DNA of 64,000 nt, taken from NCBI RefSeq assembly GCF_963921235.1, contig NC_086097.1, positions 229,712,001 to 229,776,000 of the forward strand, written 5' to 3'. The notes beneath the pieces are model-generated. The model saw nothing but the letters and a program-made list of their open reading frames with translations, had not been told where the DNA came from and made no database searches. The translations under genes and the position numbers were made by a program. Shown in pieces: positions 24,690 through 37,410 of this stretch (position 1 is the stretch's first letter; each line of letters starts with the position of its first letter). This DNA is from Mobula hypostoma (lineage: Eukaryota).

Positions 24690-25088
24690 AACTTACTTAC
24701 TGACTGTTACGCTGCTGGCATTTAGGGCAGCAATGAAGGTCCTCCATCTGTGGCGATGTTCAGGGCTTCCTTCATCGTGTCAGTAGCCTCCTCTCGGTTT
24801 TCACTACAAGTCCTGGGTGGACTCTCAGGAATACCGTCGCACACAGATGTAGAAGGATTCTTCATTGCTGTTTCTGTCAGGGTTGTTAGCCCTGAGCTGA
24901 ACCCCCAAACCTGGAGGACCGGTGGACCACTCTTAGTCTGGCTTCTACCCTTTGACCTGTTTGGCATAGGTGACCCTACCACCAGCCAAAGCATAAAGCC
25001 CTGACTCCAGCCAGCATAGCTCTCCTGGTCATTGAGGAGTGCAAGCCTCCAAACCCTAAAAACAAGGCTGTGGTCCTCTTGGAGGACT
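24690..25088 (-). mobile_element. Non-autonomous bipartite RTE-clade element (5'UTR-like part joined to the ORF C-terminus and tail)
   Basis: The 3' end encodes RHRWRTFIAALNAS, then a (TAAG)n tail. The 5' part has GAGAGCTATGCTGGC...GGTAGGGTCACC...GCCAAACAGGTC...GGGCTAACAACCC, typical of RTE 5' regions. A 3'-only copy lies at ~30720-30785. Confidence 0.65.
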
Positions 25089-25644
25089 GTTGCTCTGTAT
25101 ACACATAATAGTGCTCTATGCTTTTTAGAAATTTATTCATTAAGCTCTATTCCAATCCCATTGGTACTTGCAAGGCCTTGCTATGGACAGATGCTGTTTC
25201 TTACAAAAGTAAGTACATTTTAAAATTACTTTCCATAACTATAGAGTTACTTTCCAGAACTGTATTGTGCTTTGGAGCATCCTAAGATTGTGAAAGGCAT
25301 ATAATGTCCAAGTTCCTTACCTCTAATTGCTCAGGTATTTAGCTGATAGCTGGTCATCTACTTGACATGTTTCCTGTTTGTTAAATTTAATCACTGGAAA
25401 ATGGAGAGCTGTGCAAGCCATTGCCACCTATGCCTAATCCTACAATCTGCAGCCCCATCATCCAAGGCACCACACAGGAAGTGCAGCCCACAAAATTAAC
25501 CCATAATCCTTTGAGGTATCATGTGAACTATATAAACAAAAACACTTTGAGAAGTCAGAAAGTGATTTTGGTTTTACTAAAGTGGCCACTTTATAAATAA
25601 TTCCACATTAAGCACATTGCTAACATTTAACTATACCAGCTTAC

Positions 25645-25754
25645 CTGCTACACGGACTGTGGAGGGAGGACTGCGGACCAGTGGGCTGGTGGACAAGCTA
25701 GTTAGGACCATTGCTGCAGTTACTTTGTCCATCTCTCCTTCTTCAGAGAAATTT
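25645..25754 (-). CDS. ZNF704: ZNF704 internal coding exon ([36 protein letters not shown])
   Basis: Acceptor tttttacAG, donor GTaagc, 110 nt, phase 2-1. [23 protein letters not shown] fits ZNF704 rather than ZNF395 ([17 protein letters not shown]). Confidence 0.95.
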
Positions 25755-25850
25755 CTGTAAAAACAATAAAAACAGAAACATCAGCTACTGACAGCCTATA
25801 TAAAGACCCGTATCTCAGGGAGACTATAAAAAGTAACAACAGTTTTTAAA

Positions 25851-26001
25851 ACACGAGCAACACACATAAAATGCCGAAGGAATTCAGCAGGCCAGACAGC
25901 ATCTATGGAAAAAAGTATATTCGACGTTTCGGGCCGAAACCCTCTATAATGGCAGTAGAGGAATAAACAGTCGACATTTCAGGCTAAGACCCTTCATCAG
26001 G
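25851..26001 (-). mobile_element. Penelope-derived mini-element with tandem hammerhead motifs and a 15-bp TSD
   Basis: TSD ACAACAGTTTTTAAA (25836-25850) and ACAACAATTTTTAAA (26002-26016). The minus strand reads GTC-CTGATGA-AGGGTCTTAGCCT-GAAATGTC-GAC, then a second AGGGTTTCGGCCC-GAAACGTCGA. Confidence 0.8.
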
Positions 26002-26129
26002 ACAACAATTTTTAAACAATGTTGTGACTAGAAATGCTGTCAATACAGCATCATCCAAGTGTCAGACAAACACATCCTACGATAGGCCTGGAAAAATTAC
26101 TGTGCTAATTACAGAGCAGACTACTAATA

Positions 26130-29100
26130 TAGAAACATAGAAAATAGGTGCAGGAGTAGGCCATTCGGCCCTTCGAGCCTGCACCGCCATTTATTATGAT
26201 CATGGCTGATCATCCAACTCAGAACCCCGCCCCAGCCTTCCCTCCATACCCCCTGATCCCCGTAGCCACAAGGGCCATATCTAACTCCCTCTTAAATATA
26301 GCCAATGAACTGGCCTCAACTGTTTCCTGTGGCAGAGAATTCCACAGATTCACCACTCTCTGTGTGAAGAAGTTTTTTCCTAATCTCGGTCCTAAAAGGC
26401 TTCCCCTTTATTCTCAAATTGTGACCCCTTGTTCTGGACTTCCCCAACATCGGGAACAATCTTCCTGCATCTAGCCTGTCCAATCCCTTTAGGATTTTAT
26501 ACGTTTCAATCAGATCCCCCCTCAATCTTCTAAATTCCAACGAGTACAAGCCCAGTTCATCCAGTCTTTCTTCATATGAAAGTCCTGCCATCCCAGGAAT
26601 CAATCTGGTGAACCTTCTTTGTACTCCCTCTATGGCAAGGATGTCTTTCCTCAGATTAGGGGACCAAAACTGCACACAATACTCCAGGTGTGGTCTCACC
26701 AAGGCCTTGTACAACTGCAGTAGTACCTCCCTGCTCCTATACTCGAATCCTCTCGCTATAAATGCCAGCATACCATTCGCTTTTTTCACCGCCTGCTGTA
26801 CCTGCATGCCCACTTTCAATGACTGGTGTATAATGACACCCAGGTCTCGTTGCACCTCCCCTTTTCCTAATCGGCCACCATTCAGATAATAATCTGTTTT
26901 CCTATTTTTGCCACCAAAGTGGATAACTTCACATTTATCCACATTAAATTGCATCTGCCATGAATTTGCCCACTCACCCAACCTATCCAAGTCACTCTGC
27001 ATCCTCTTAGCATCCTCCTCACAGCTAACACTGCCACCCAGCTTCGTGTCATCCGCAAACTTGGAGATGCTGCATTTAATTCCCTCATCCAAGTCATTAA
27101 TATATATTGTAAACAACTGGGGTCCCAGCACTGAGCCTTGCGGTACCCCACTAGTCACCGCCTGCCATTCTGAAAAGGTCCCGTTTATTCCCACTCTTTG
27201 CTTCCTGACTGCTAACCAATTCTCCACCCACACCAATACCTTACCCCCAATACCGTGTGCTTTAAGTTTACACACTAATCTCCTGTGTGGGACCTTGTCA
27301 AAAGCCTTTTGAAAATCCAAATATACCACATCCACTGGTTCTCCCCTATCCACTCTACTAGTTACATCCTCAAGAAATTCTATGAGATTCGTCAGACATG
27401 ATTTTCCTTTCACAAATCCATGCTGACTTTGTCCGATGATTTCACCGCTTTCCAAATGTGCTGTTATCACATCTTTGATAACTGACTCCAGCAGTTTCCC
27501 CACCACCGACGTTAGGCTAACCGGTCTATAATTCCCTGGTTTCTCTCTCCCTCCTTTTTTAAAAAGTGGGGTTACATTAGTCACCCTCCAATCCTCAGGA
27601 ACTAGTCCAGAATCTAACGAGTTTTGAAAAATTATCACTAATGCATCCACTATTTCTTGGGCTACTTCCTTAAGCACTCTAGGATGCAGACCATCTGGCC
27701 CTGGGGATTTATCTGCCTTCAATCCCTTCAATTTACCTAACACTACTTCCCTACTAACATGTATTTCGCTCAGTTCCTCCATCTCACTGGACCCTCTGTC
27801 CCCTACTATTTCTGGAAGATTATTTATGTCCTCCTTAGTGAAGACAAAACCAAAGTAATTATTCAATTGGTCTGCCATGTCCTTGCTCCCCATAATCAAT
27901 TCACCTGTTTCTGTCTGTAGGGGACCTACATTTGTCTTTACCAGTCTTTTCCTTTTTACATATCTATAAAAGCTTTTACAGTCAGTTTTTATGTTCCCTG
28001 CCAGTTTTCTCTCATAATCTTTTTTCCCCTTCCTAATTAAGCCCTTTGTCCTCCTCTGCTGAACTCCCGGTCCTCAGGTGAGCCACTTTCTCTGGCTAAT
28101 TTGTATGCTTCTTCTTTGGAATTGATTCTATCCCTAATTTCTCTTGTCAGCCACGGGTGCACTACCTTCCTTGATTTATTCTTTTGCCAAACTGGGATGA
28201 ACAATTGTTGTAGTTCATCCATGCAACCTTTAAATGCTTGCCATTGCATATCCACCGTCAATCCTTTAAGTGTCATTTGCCAGTCTATCTTAGCTAATTC
28301 ACGTCTCATACCTTCAAAGTTACCCCTCTTTAAGTTCAGAACCTTTGTTTCTGAATTAACTATGTCACTCTCCATCTTAATGAAGAATTCCACCATATTA
28401 TGGTCACTCTTACCCAAGGGGCCTCTCACGACAAGATTGCTAATTAACCCTTCCTCATTGCTCAAAACCCAGTCCGGAATAGCCTGCTCTCTAGTTGGTT
28501 CCTCGACATGTTGGTTCAAAAAACCATCCCACATACATTCCAAGAAATCCTCTTCCTCAGCACCTTTACCAATTTGGTTCACCCAATCTACATGTAGATT
28601 GAAGTCACCCATTATAACTGCTGTTCCTTTATTGCACACATTTCTAATTTCCTGTTTAATACCATCTCCGACCTCACTACTACTGTTAGGTGGCCTGTAC
28701 ACAACTCCCACCAGCGTCTTCTGCCCCTTAGTGTTACGCAGCTCTACCCATATTGATTCCACATCTTCCCGGCTTATGTCCTTCCTTTCTATTGCGTTAA
28801 TCTCTTCTTTAACCAGCAACGCCACCCCATCTCCTTTTCTTTCATGTCTATCCCTCCTGAATATTGAATATCCCTGAACGTTGAGCTCCCATCCTTGGTC
28901 ACCCTTGAGCCATGTCTCTGTGATCCCAACTATATCATAATCATTAATAACAATCTGCACTTTCAATTCATCCACCTTATTACGAATGCTCCTTGCATTG
29001 ACACACAAAGCCTTCAGGCGCTCTTTTACAACACTCTTAGCCCTTATACAATTATGTTGAAAAGTGGCCCTTTTTAATGCTTGCCCTGGATTTGTCGGCC

Positions 29101-30110
29101 TGCCACTTTTACTTTTCTCCTTAGTACTTTTTGCTTCTACCCTCACTTTACACCCCTCTGTCTCTCTGCACTGGTTCCCATCCCCCTGTTGTGAACTAAC
29201 CTCCTCACGCCTAGCCTCTTTAATTTGATTCCCATCCCCCAACCATTCTAGTTTAAAGTCACCTCAGTAGCCCTCGCTAATCTCCCTGCCAGGATATTGG
29301 TCCCCCTAGGATTCAAGTGTAACCCGTCCTTTTTGTACAGGTCACGCCTGCGCCAAAAGAGGTCCCAATGATCCAAAAAACTTGAATCCTTGCCCCCTGC
29401 TCCAATCCCTCAGCCACGCATTTATCCTCCACCTCATCGCATTCCTACTCTCACTGTCGCGTGGCACAGGCAGTAATCCCGAGATTACTACCTTTGCGGT
29501 CCTTTTTCTCAACTCCCTTCCTAGCTCCTTATATTCTCCTTTCAGGACCTCATCCCTTTTCCTACCTATGTCATTGGTACCTATATGTACCACGACCTCT
29601 GGCTCCTCACCCTCCCACTTCAGGATATCTTGGACACGATCAGAAATATCCCGGATCCTGGCACCAGGGAGGCAAACTACCATCCGGGTCTCTGGACTGC
29701 GTCTACAGAATCACCTATCTGACCCCCTTACTATCGAGTCCCCTATCACAACTGCCGTCCTCTTCCTTTCTCTACCCTTCTGAGCTACAGGGCCGGACTC
29801 TGTGCCGGAGGCACGGCCACTGTCACTTCCCCCAGGTAAGCTGTCCCCCCCAACAGTACTCAAACAGGAGTACCTATTGTTAAGGGGCACAGCCACCGGG
29901 GTACTCCCTATTACCTGACTCTTCCCCTTCCCCCTCCTAACCGTGACCCACTTGTCTGCCTCCCGTGGCCCCGGCGTGACCACCTGCCTTCCACTCCTCT
30001 CTATCACCTCCTCACTCTCCCTGACCAGACGAAGGTCATCGAGCTGCAGCTCCAGTTCCGTAACGCGGTCCCTTAGGAGCTGCATCTCGATGCATTTGGC
30101 GCAGATGTAG
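26130..30110 (-). mobile_element. Near-full-length CR1 (HER1-like) LINE: ORF1 with zinc-finger remnant and SGNH esterase, ORF2 with APE and RT; inactivated
   Basis: ORF1 has YICAKC, VIGDSIVRG, VVCLPGA and VHIGTND. ORF2 has CVNARSI, ITETWL, VYRPP, MGDFN, SDH, YLDFQKAFD, GVPQGSVLGP and FADD. Lesions: a 10-bp deletion at ~28063, a 1-bp insertion at ~26373, and an ORF1 stop/frameshift. Confidence 0.96.
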
Positions 30111-32869
30111 ACTTATAAGGTTCAGACAATGCCTCTCTCCAGAATTTCCTGGTCAGGATGCACTAACATCTGGGTCACAGAAGGTTTATTTGTCATTGTA
30201 AATTTGTCCTGTGATTAGGTTAGGATTAAATAGGTGGGTTGCTGGGCGGTGTGATTCATTGGGAAGTATCTCTACATTATAATAAAAAAACAGTAACTGT
30301 TAATGCAAAGTCCCTAAATCTTTTTAACCCAGAAGATGAACAACTGTTAACTTCAATTCAAGTTTAATCGTCATTCAACCATACTTGAATACTCATGGAT
30401 ACAGCCAAATGAGTCAACGTTACTCGGGGGTCAAGGTACAAAATACAGTACCAAAATTCACGCACAGCACAAAGCACATACAGCATGTTTAAGATAGGAA
30501 GATACAGACACTCAATAAAAGAGACCAAACTGAAGCCATCCAACGCCACCAAAGCCTGCAGATGACCACAACAGAGCTTGTCTGAACAGAGTTGAGTCTC
30601 AGTCATGTATATTATAGTTATTTGTTAATAATTTTTATTTTCATTTTTTTTCTATTATATTCTGAAACATTTGTTTCCCTCTCTTCAGCTAAATGTTCTT
30701 CCCCTCTCTTTTTACACTTTACTTACTTTACTGCCCATTAATCCACTGGCATTTAGGGCAGCAATGAAGGTCCTCCATCTCTGCTTTTGGCCCTTTATTT
30801 GATTCTAATTAAAAAGCGAAATATTGCAGGTGCTGGGTATTTGGAATTTAATTTGAAAATAGTGGGGAAAAAAAAAATCAGTGTATCCAGGTTCAGCCAG
30901 GAGCGACAAATAGGCGACCCAACATAGCTCCCTTCTGAGATCGCAAGGATCAAGATCAGATGTATTTGCCAGGTACGTTTCCATCCATTAGGAATTTGCT
31001 GTGCTGTGTTGGTCAGGGTGTGACACACAACAAAAACATTCAATAATTATAAAGAATAAATTTAAAAAATAAAGCACGGATATGAAGTAAAATGTGCATA
31101 AACACATGAATATCTGCACGTTTAGAATGTAAACAATATTACAAAAAGTGGTTTGGGTCTACAGTACAGTGCCCCATCAATTTGACTTACTCAGTAAAAT
31201 ATCACGAAGCAATTGAAACAGCTGATACCGACAATATCTCAGCTGCAGAATAAGGACCTACAATCCAGTGCCAGCTGTTCTCCTACCACGTTCTACCACT
31301 ACAGCTACAGCACAAACTTTGATCTGGAAATATCCTGTTCACAAAAGCAAGTACACTCTACAAATGCAATCCAATTAATTGCCAGCCTGGATTCTACTGT
31401 ATTAATCAGTGATGTCTCAAAGCGAGACACAATCAAGGCACTCAAGGTAACACACCCAAATGCTGAATGAATTCTGCAGGTCAGGCAGCATCTATGGAGA
31501 AGAATAAAGAATCATCAATTCAGACATAGACCCTTCATCAGGCCTCAAAGATGATTCCATCTTCAGAGGCAAAAGTGTAAAAGAGTGTCGTGAAATCTGT
31601 TGTTTTGCACCAGCAGTATACTGCAATACACAAGAGTAAAAACACCATTATGGGAATCATATATAGGCCTCCAAATAGTAGCCAAGATGTGGGGTTGAGA
31701 TTGTAAAGGGAGCTGGAAAAGGCATGTAATAAAGTAATGACACAATTGTAATGGGGGGCTTCAATATGCAAGGGGATTGGGAAATTCAGGTTGCTGTCAG
31801 ATCGCAGGAGAGGGAATTTGTTGAATGCCTACGAGTTGGCTTTTTAGAGCAGCTTGTGCTCGAGCCTATTCAGGGACAGGCTTCTGCTAGGTGCTAGAAA
31901 TACGTAGACATAAAAAAGAGAAAATTAAACTAAATAAGTAGTGCAAAGAGAGAGGTAAAAATACTGAGGTAGTGTTCATGGGTTCATTGTCCATTCAGAA
32001 ATCTGACGGTGGAGGAGAAGAAGCTGAAAGATTGGGTCTGAGTCTTCGGCTCCTGTACCTCCTCCTTGATGGCAGGAATGATGGCAAGAGAGCATGTCCC
32101 GGGTGATGAGGGTGATTTTGCGTCAATCTTCACAGTGGAAGACGCCAGCGGTATGCCAGAAATTTGAGAATGTCGGGGGCAGAAGTGAGTGTAGTTACTA
32201 TTACTAAGGAGAACATGCTTGGAATGCTGAAAGGTCTGAAGGTAGCTAGGTCACCTGGACCAGATGGACTACATTCCAGGGTTCTGAAACACGTAGCTGA
32301 AGAGATAGTAGAAGTATTTTTGTGGTCTTTCAACAATCACTAGATTCTGGAATGGTTCTGGAGGACTGAAAAATTGCAAATGTCACTCCAATCTTTAGGA
32401 AGGGAGAGAGGCAAAAGACAGGAAATTATAGGCCAGTTAGCCTAACCTCGGTTGAACAGATTTAGATGCCCTTTACTAAGGATGAAGGTTCAGAGTACTT
32501 GCAGACACATGATAAAATAGGCCAAAGGGGGGAAGGTTTTCTTAAGGGGAAATCTTGCCCGACAAATCTGTTAGAAATCTTTGAAAAATAACAGGCAGGA
32601 TAGACAAAGTATCGGTGGATGTTGTGTACTTGAATTTTCAGAAAGCCCTTGACTAGGTGCTGCACATGAGGCTGCTTAGCAAGAGCCCATGGTATCACAA
32701 GAAAGGTACTAGCATGGATAGAAGATTGTCTGACTGATAGGATGGAAAGAGTGGGAACAAAGGGGGGGGGGGTTTCTGTTTTGCTACTGGTGACTAGTGG
32801 TGTTCCGCAGGTGTTGTAATGGAACCACTTCTTTTTACATTAGATGTCAAATATTTGGATGATGGAATT

Positions 32870-33119
32870 CAAGCATCAAACACAAAATGCTGGAGGAACT
32901 CAACCGGCCAGGCAGCATCTACGGAAAAGAGTAAACAGTCGGCATTTCAGGCCGACGCCCTTCATCAGGACTGGAAAAAAAGATAAGCAGTCCTGATGAA
33001 GGGTCTCAGCCTGAAACGTTGATTGTACTCTTTTCCGTAGATGCTGCCTGTTGAGTTCCTCCAGCACTTGATGGGTGTTGCTTGGATTTTCAGCATCTAT
33101 AGATTTTCTCTTGTTTGTT
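32870..33119. mobile_element. Palindromic Penelope-derived mini-element with two opposed hammerhead motifs and a 12-bp TSD
   Basis: TSD GATGATGGAATT (32858-32869) and GATGTTGGAATT (33120-33131). About 100-bp inverted arms surround a 14-nt spacer (32974-32987). Confidence 0.85.
32988..33025 (+). ncRNA. Minimal type I hammerhead ribozyme motif (GUU cleavage triplet)
   Basis: CAGTC-CTGATGA-AGG(GTCTCAG)CCT-GAAAC-GTT-GATTG. Confidence 0.65.
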
Positions 33120-34079
33120 GATGTTGGAATTGATGGTTTTGTGGCCAGGTTTGCAGACGATATGAAGATAGGTGGAGGAGCAGGTACAGCTGAGGAAGCA
33201 GGAGCGTGCAGAAGGACTTAGACAGATTAGGAGAATGGGCAAAGAAGTGGTAGATGGAATATAGTGTAGGGCAGTGTACGGTCATGCACTTTGGTGGAAG
33301 GGATAAAGTGTAGTCTATTTTCTAAATGGGGAGGAAATTCAGAAATCAGAGGTGCAAAGGGACTTAGGAGCCCTTGTGCAGGTTTCCTTAAAAGTTAACT
33401 TGAATGTTGAGTCAGTGGTAAGGAAGGCAAATGCAATGTTAGCATTCACTTTGAATATGAAAGCAAGGGTGTAATGCTGATGCTTTACAGGCACTGGTCT
33501 GAACACTGTGGGCAACTGTGGGCTCCTTATTTAAGAAAGGACGTGCTGGCCTTGAATAGGGTCCAGAGGAGGTTCACGAAAATGATATCAGGAATGAGAG
33601 GTATAACATATGAGGAGTGTTTGATGGTTCTGGGTCTGTACTCGAGTTAGTAGATCTAATTGAAACCTATTGAATACTGAAAGGACTAGACAGAGTGGAC
33701 ACGGAGATGATGTTTCCTACAGCTGGGGAGTCCAGGACCAGAGTGCACAGCCTCAAAATAGCAAGACATCCTTTTAGACTAGAGGTGAGGAAGAATTTCT
33801 TTGGTGAGAGGGCGGCGAATCTCTGGAATTCATTGCCATAGTTGGTTGTGGAGGCATCGTCATTGCTATAATTAAAGAGGAGGTTGATAGGTTTTTGATT
33901 AGTAGAGGCATCAAAGCTGACAGGGATAAGGCAGGAGAGTGGCGTTGAGAGGAGTAATGAATCAGCCATATTGAATGGCGGAGCAGACTCAATGGGCCAA
34001 ATAGCCTAATTCTGCTCCTGTGTCTCACAGTCCAATGGTCTAAAAAGGTAGTTCTATTGATCCAAGCTGGGAAGGAATA

Positions 34080-34565
34080 ATAAGACCATCAGATATAGCA
34101 GCAGAATTAATCCATTTGGCCCATCGAGTCTACACCGCCATTTCATCATGGCTATATCCAGTTTTCCTCTCAGCCACAACCTCCTACCTTCTCCTCATAT
34201 GCCCTGACCAATCAAGAATCTATCAACCTTTGCCTTAAATATACATAAAGACTTGGCCTCCACAGCTGCCTGTGGCAAAGAATTCCACAGATCCATCATT
34301 CTCTGGCTAAAAAAATTCCTCCTCATCTCCATTCTAAAAGGACGCGTCTCTATTCTGAGGCTGTAACCTCCAGTCTTAGACTCTCCCACCATAGGAAACA
34401 TCCACTCTACATACATCCACTCTATCAAGGCCTTTCACCATTCGACAGATTTCAATGAGGTCACCCCTCATTCTTCTGAATTCTAGTGAATACAGGTCCA
34501 GAGCCATCAGACACTCTTCATATGACAAGCCATTCAATCCTGGAATCATTTTTGTGAACCTTCCA
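34080..34565 (-). mobile_element. CR1 3' fragment
   Basis: RFTKMIPGLNGLSYEE...RGDLIE...NFFSQR. Confidence 0.85.
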
Positions 34566-35379
34566 CGAGCAGGATGTAGGAGATCAGGGATCATGGAAAG
34601 AAATGTAAGAGGTGCAGTTCTCTAAACAGTGCTATTAAGTCGTACTTTTCACCAAAAGGCAGTATGGATACCGTTTGGATCACTTGATTCCAGGCCTCTT
34701 CACAGGTTTGAACCAAACAGCTGCATTCCTCAACAGGCCAGGCAGCATCTATGGAGAAGAGTAAGCAGGTAACGTTTTGGGCCAAGACCCTTCAGGACTG
34801 GAAAAAGATTAGAAGTCAGTGTTAGAAAATCAAATACATGGTCTTGAAAAATGAATAAATAAAAAAGCCCTGAAAGATTCTTGAAATTCTATTATGCAAA
34901 AAAAAACTAAATAGTTAAGGAAAAATCACTTTCTGGATCATTCTGGGCGTAGGCTTCACCCCAGAAAATGGTTCCAGCTTGGGGAACTACAGAAAACTCT
35001 GCGGGCAACACTCCAAGGTTGCCAGGCAAAGTGCTGTGGATCTACCTGCAGCACTGTCTGATTATCCAAGGTGACACTAACAGAATGCAGAATTAATCCA
35101 CTCACTGGAGTGCTGGTCACCACGCATCACCAAAGTGGAGAACCACTGCAGCTAGAGAAATGGCTGGGATACGTTTGATGGGATTTATTTGATACCAAGG
35201 ATACCAGTACTGAAAGGAAGTCAGAGAAGGCTACAGTACACAGGAGTTATTCATGTGTAAATCTTGAACATTTGAGGAGAGTCGATGCTTAAAATTAGCA
35301 AAACTGATTCAAATACAAGTTCTAAGAATGAACTAGAAACCATGGGAACCTAAGTAGCATATTCTGTGATGATCTTCTG

Positions 35380-35765
35380 TACCCACTGGAATTTAGAAGA
35401 ATGAGGGATGACCTCATTGAAACTTAATCGAATGTTGAACGGCCTCAGTAGAGTGGATGTGGAGAGGATGTTTCCTATGGTGGGGGAGTGTAGTACCAGA
35501 GGACACAGCCTCAGAATAGAGGGGAGTCCATTTAGAACGGAGATGAGGAGAAATTTCTTTAGCCAGAGAATGGTGTGTCTGTGGAATTCGTTGCCACAGG
35601 AGGCCAAGTCATTGGGTATATTTAAAGCAGATATTGACAGATTGGTCAGGAAATGAAGGCATGAGATTGGGGCTGAGAGGGAAAATGGATCCGCCATGAT
35701 GAAATGACAAAGCAGACTTCATGGGCCAAATGACTGAATTCTGCCCCCATGTCTGATGGTTTTAT
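35380..35765 (+). mobile_element. CR1 3' fragment
   Basis: RVDVERMFPMVGECSTRGHSLRI...NFFSQR. Confidence 0.85.
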
Positions 35766-36574
35766 GATCCTCACACTATCACTGAAATTACTGGTATGAC
35801 TACTGATCAGATTCCAAAAGTAACCACTCAGGCTGAGGCTATGACCATGGACAATTGGAGAGTTAGTCATCTCAAGGACAACATCTAATTAAAGGATACT
35901 AGAACAACTTTTACTTATATTGCAAAGCTGGTGTATTTGTAAGACACATTGGTTAAAACCTCGATATAAGCAATGCAGAGAGCAGCTAACGAGAAACATA
36001 ATCCATTTTCCCACCCTGTATTTCATGACTGAAGAGAACAGCAGTGATTTTCACTAGATAATTAAAAAAATGTATTGTGGCTGACAAACAAATGGGTGTC
36101 TGAAAACTGTGCAACATGAAATGAGATTAGAAATTGTCCCTGCATATCTGTCCAGCCCCACTTCTCTCAAAAGAACAAATATGTGGAACAAAATCTCATC
36201 AAAATTAGCTCATGAGGGCTGATTAACTTCAGTGAAAAAGTGCTGGACAAGACCTGATTAAAAATATTCTAAGGTTATGCTTACAGACTTAGTCAAATAG
36301 TTTTTAGCACTTTCTTGTTTCTGGGGTGCTGTGCCATGGTAACAGGAAAGCATTCAATAACTTGTGCTTGTAGCTTCTATGATTTGATCATGATTGGTAC
36401 AAACAGCTTTTGCAGGAATTTCATCTCAGTCATGCAACACTGGGGGGGGCTGAAATATATTGTGTTTGTACAGCCACCAGCAGTGGAGGTCCAAAGGTAC
36501 AGAGGAAGAAAGGACATTATACAGTACTGGTGTCAATGACACATCACTATTGCTTATGATTAAATCACACTAAC

Positions 36575-37410
36575 TACGTCCTTCCTCACCGCCTTTCAGG
36601 GCCAGGAACAGTCATTTCAGGTGAGGCAACACTTCACCTGTGAGTCTACACTTCACCTGTGAGTCTGTTGGGGTCATCTCCTATACCTGGTGCTCCTGGT
36701 GTAGTCTTCTTGACATTGGTGAGACCCAATGTGGATGAGGGGACCATTTCATCAAGCACCTTCGCTCTGTCTACAATGAAAAGCAGGATTTTGCAGTAAC
36801 CACTCACTTCAATTTGACTTCCCACTCTCATTGTAAAATCTCTACTGCCACAATGAGGCCACACCTAGGTTGGAGGAGCAACATGTCATATTCTGTTTGG
36901 TAGTGCCTCCAACCTGATTGGATCAACATCGACTTTTCTAACTTCCAGTAATTTATTGCCCCGCCGCTTCTCTCTCTTTGCATTCTCCATTCTGATTCCC
37001 CTCTCACCCCTTCTCTTTTCTTCACCTGGCCATCACCTCACTCTGGTGTTCCTCCTCCTATTTCTTCTACAGTCCACTGTCCTCTCCTATCAGATTCCTT
37101 CTTCTTCAGCTCTTTGCCTTTTCCACCTATCACCTTTCAGCTTCTGACTTCATCGCCCCCCCCTTTCCCATTTATCCTTCCTCTCCCCTCACCCAGTTTC
37201 ACATATCACTTGCCAGCTTGTACTTCTTTTCCTCTCCCACCCTCTAATTCTGGCTTCTTCCCCTTCCTTTCCAAACCTGATGAAGGGTCTTGTCCCCAAA
37301 CGTTAACTGTTTATTCTCCTCCATCGATGCTGCCTGACTTGCCAAGGTTCTCTAGAATTTTATGTGCATTGCTCAAGATTTCTGGCATTTCCAGAATCTC
37401 TTGTGTTCTT
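36575..37410 (+). mobile_element. Penelope-like element 3' fragment (decayed GIY-YIG endonuclease, pyrimidine-rich 3' region, pLTR with decayed hammerhead)
   Basis: FQVRQHFTCES...IGET...RLEEQHVIF. CTGATGAAGGG at ~37278. Confidence 0.82.

Larger units (their letters stand above)
31575..34035 (+). mobile_element. Degraded CR1 ORF2, interrupted by a Rex1/Babar fragment (~31890-32115) and a Penelope palindrome (32870-33119)
   Basis: IIYRPPNS, SPGPDGLH, FADDMKIGG and the CR1 3'UTR. Confidence 0.85.

Noticed and set aside
28101..28877. 258-aa plus-strand ORF, and similar ones at 26608, 26908, 48805 and 49105
   Set aside because: Antisense shadows of CR1 ORF2.
36629..36666. 19-bp tandem duplication ACACTTCACCTGTGAGTCT
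   Set aside because: Simple slippage inside a dead Penelope fragment.
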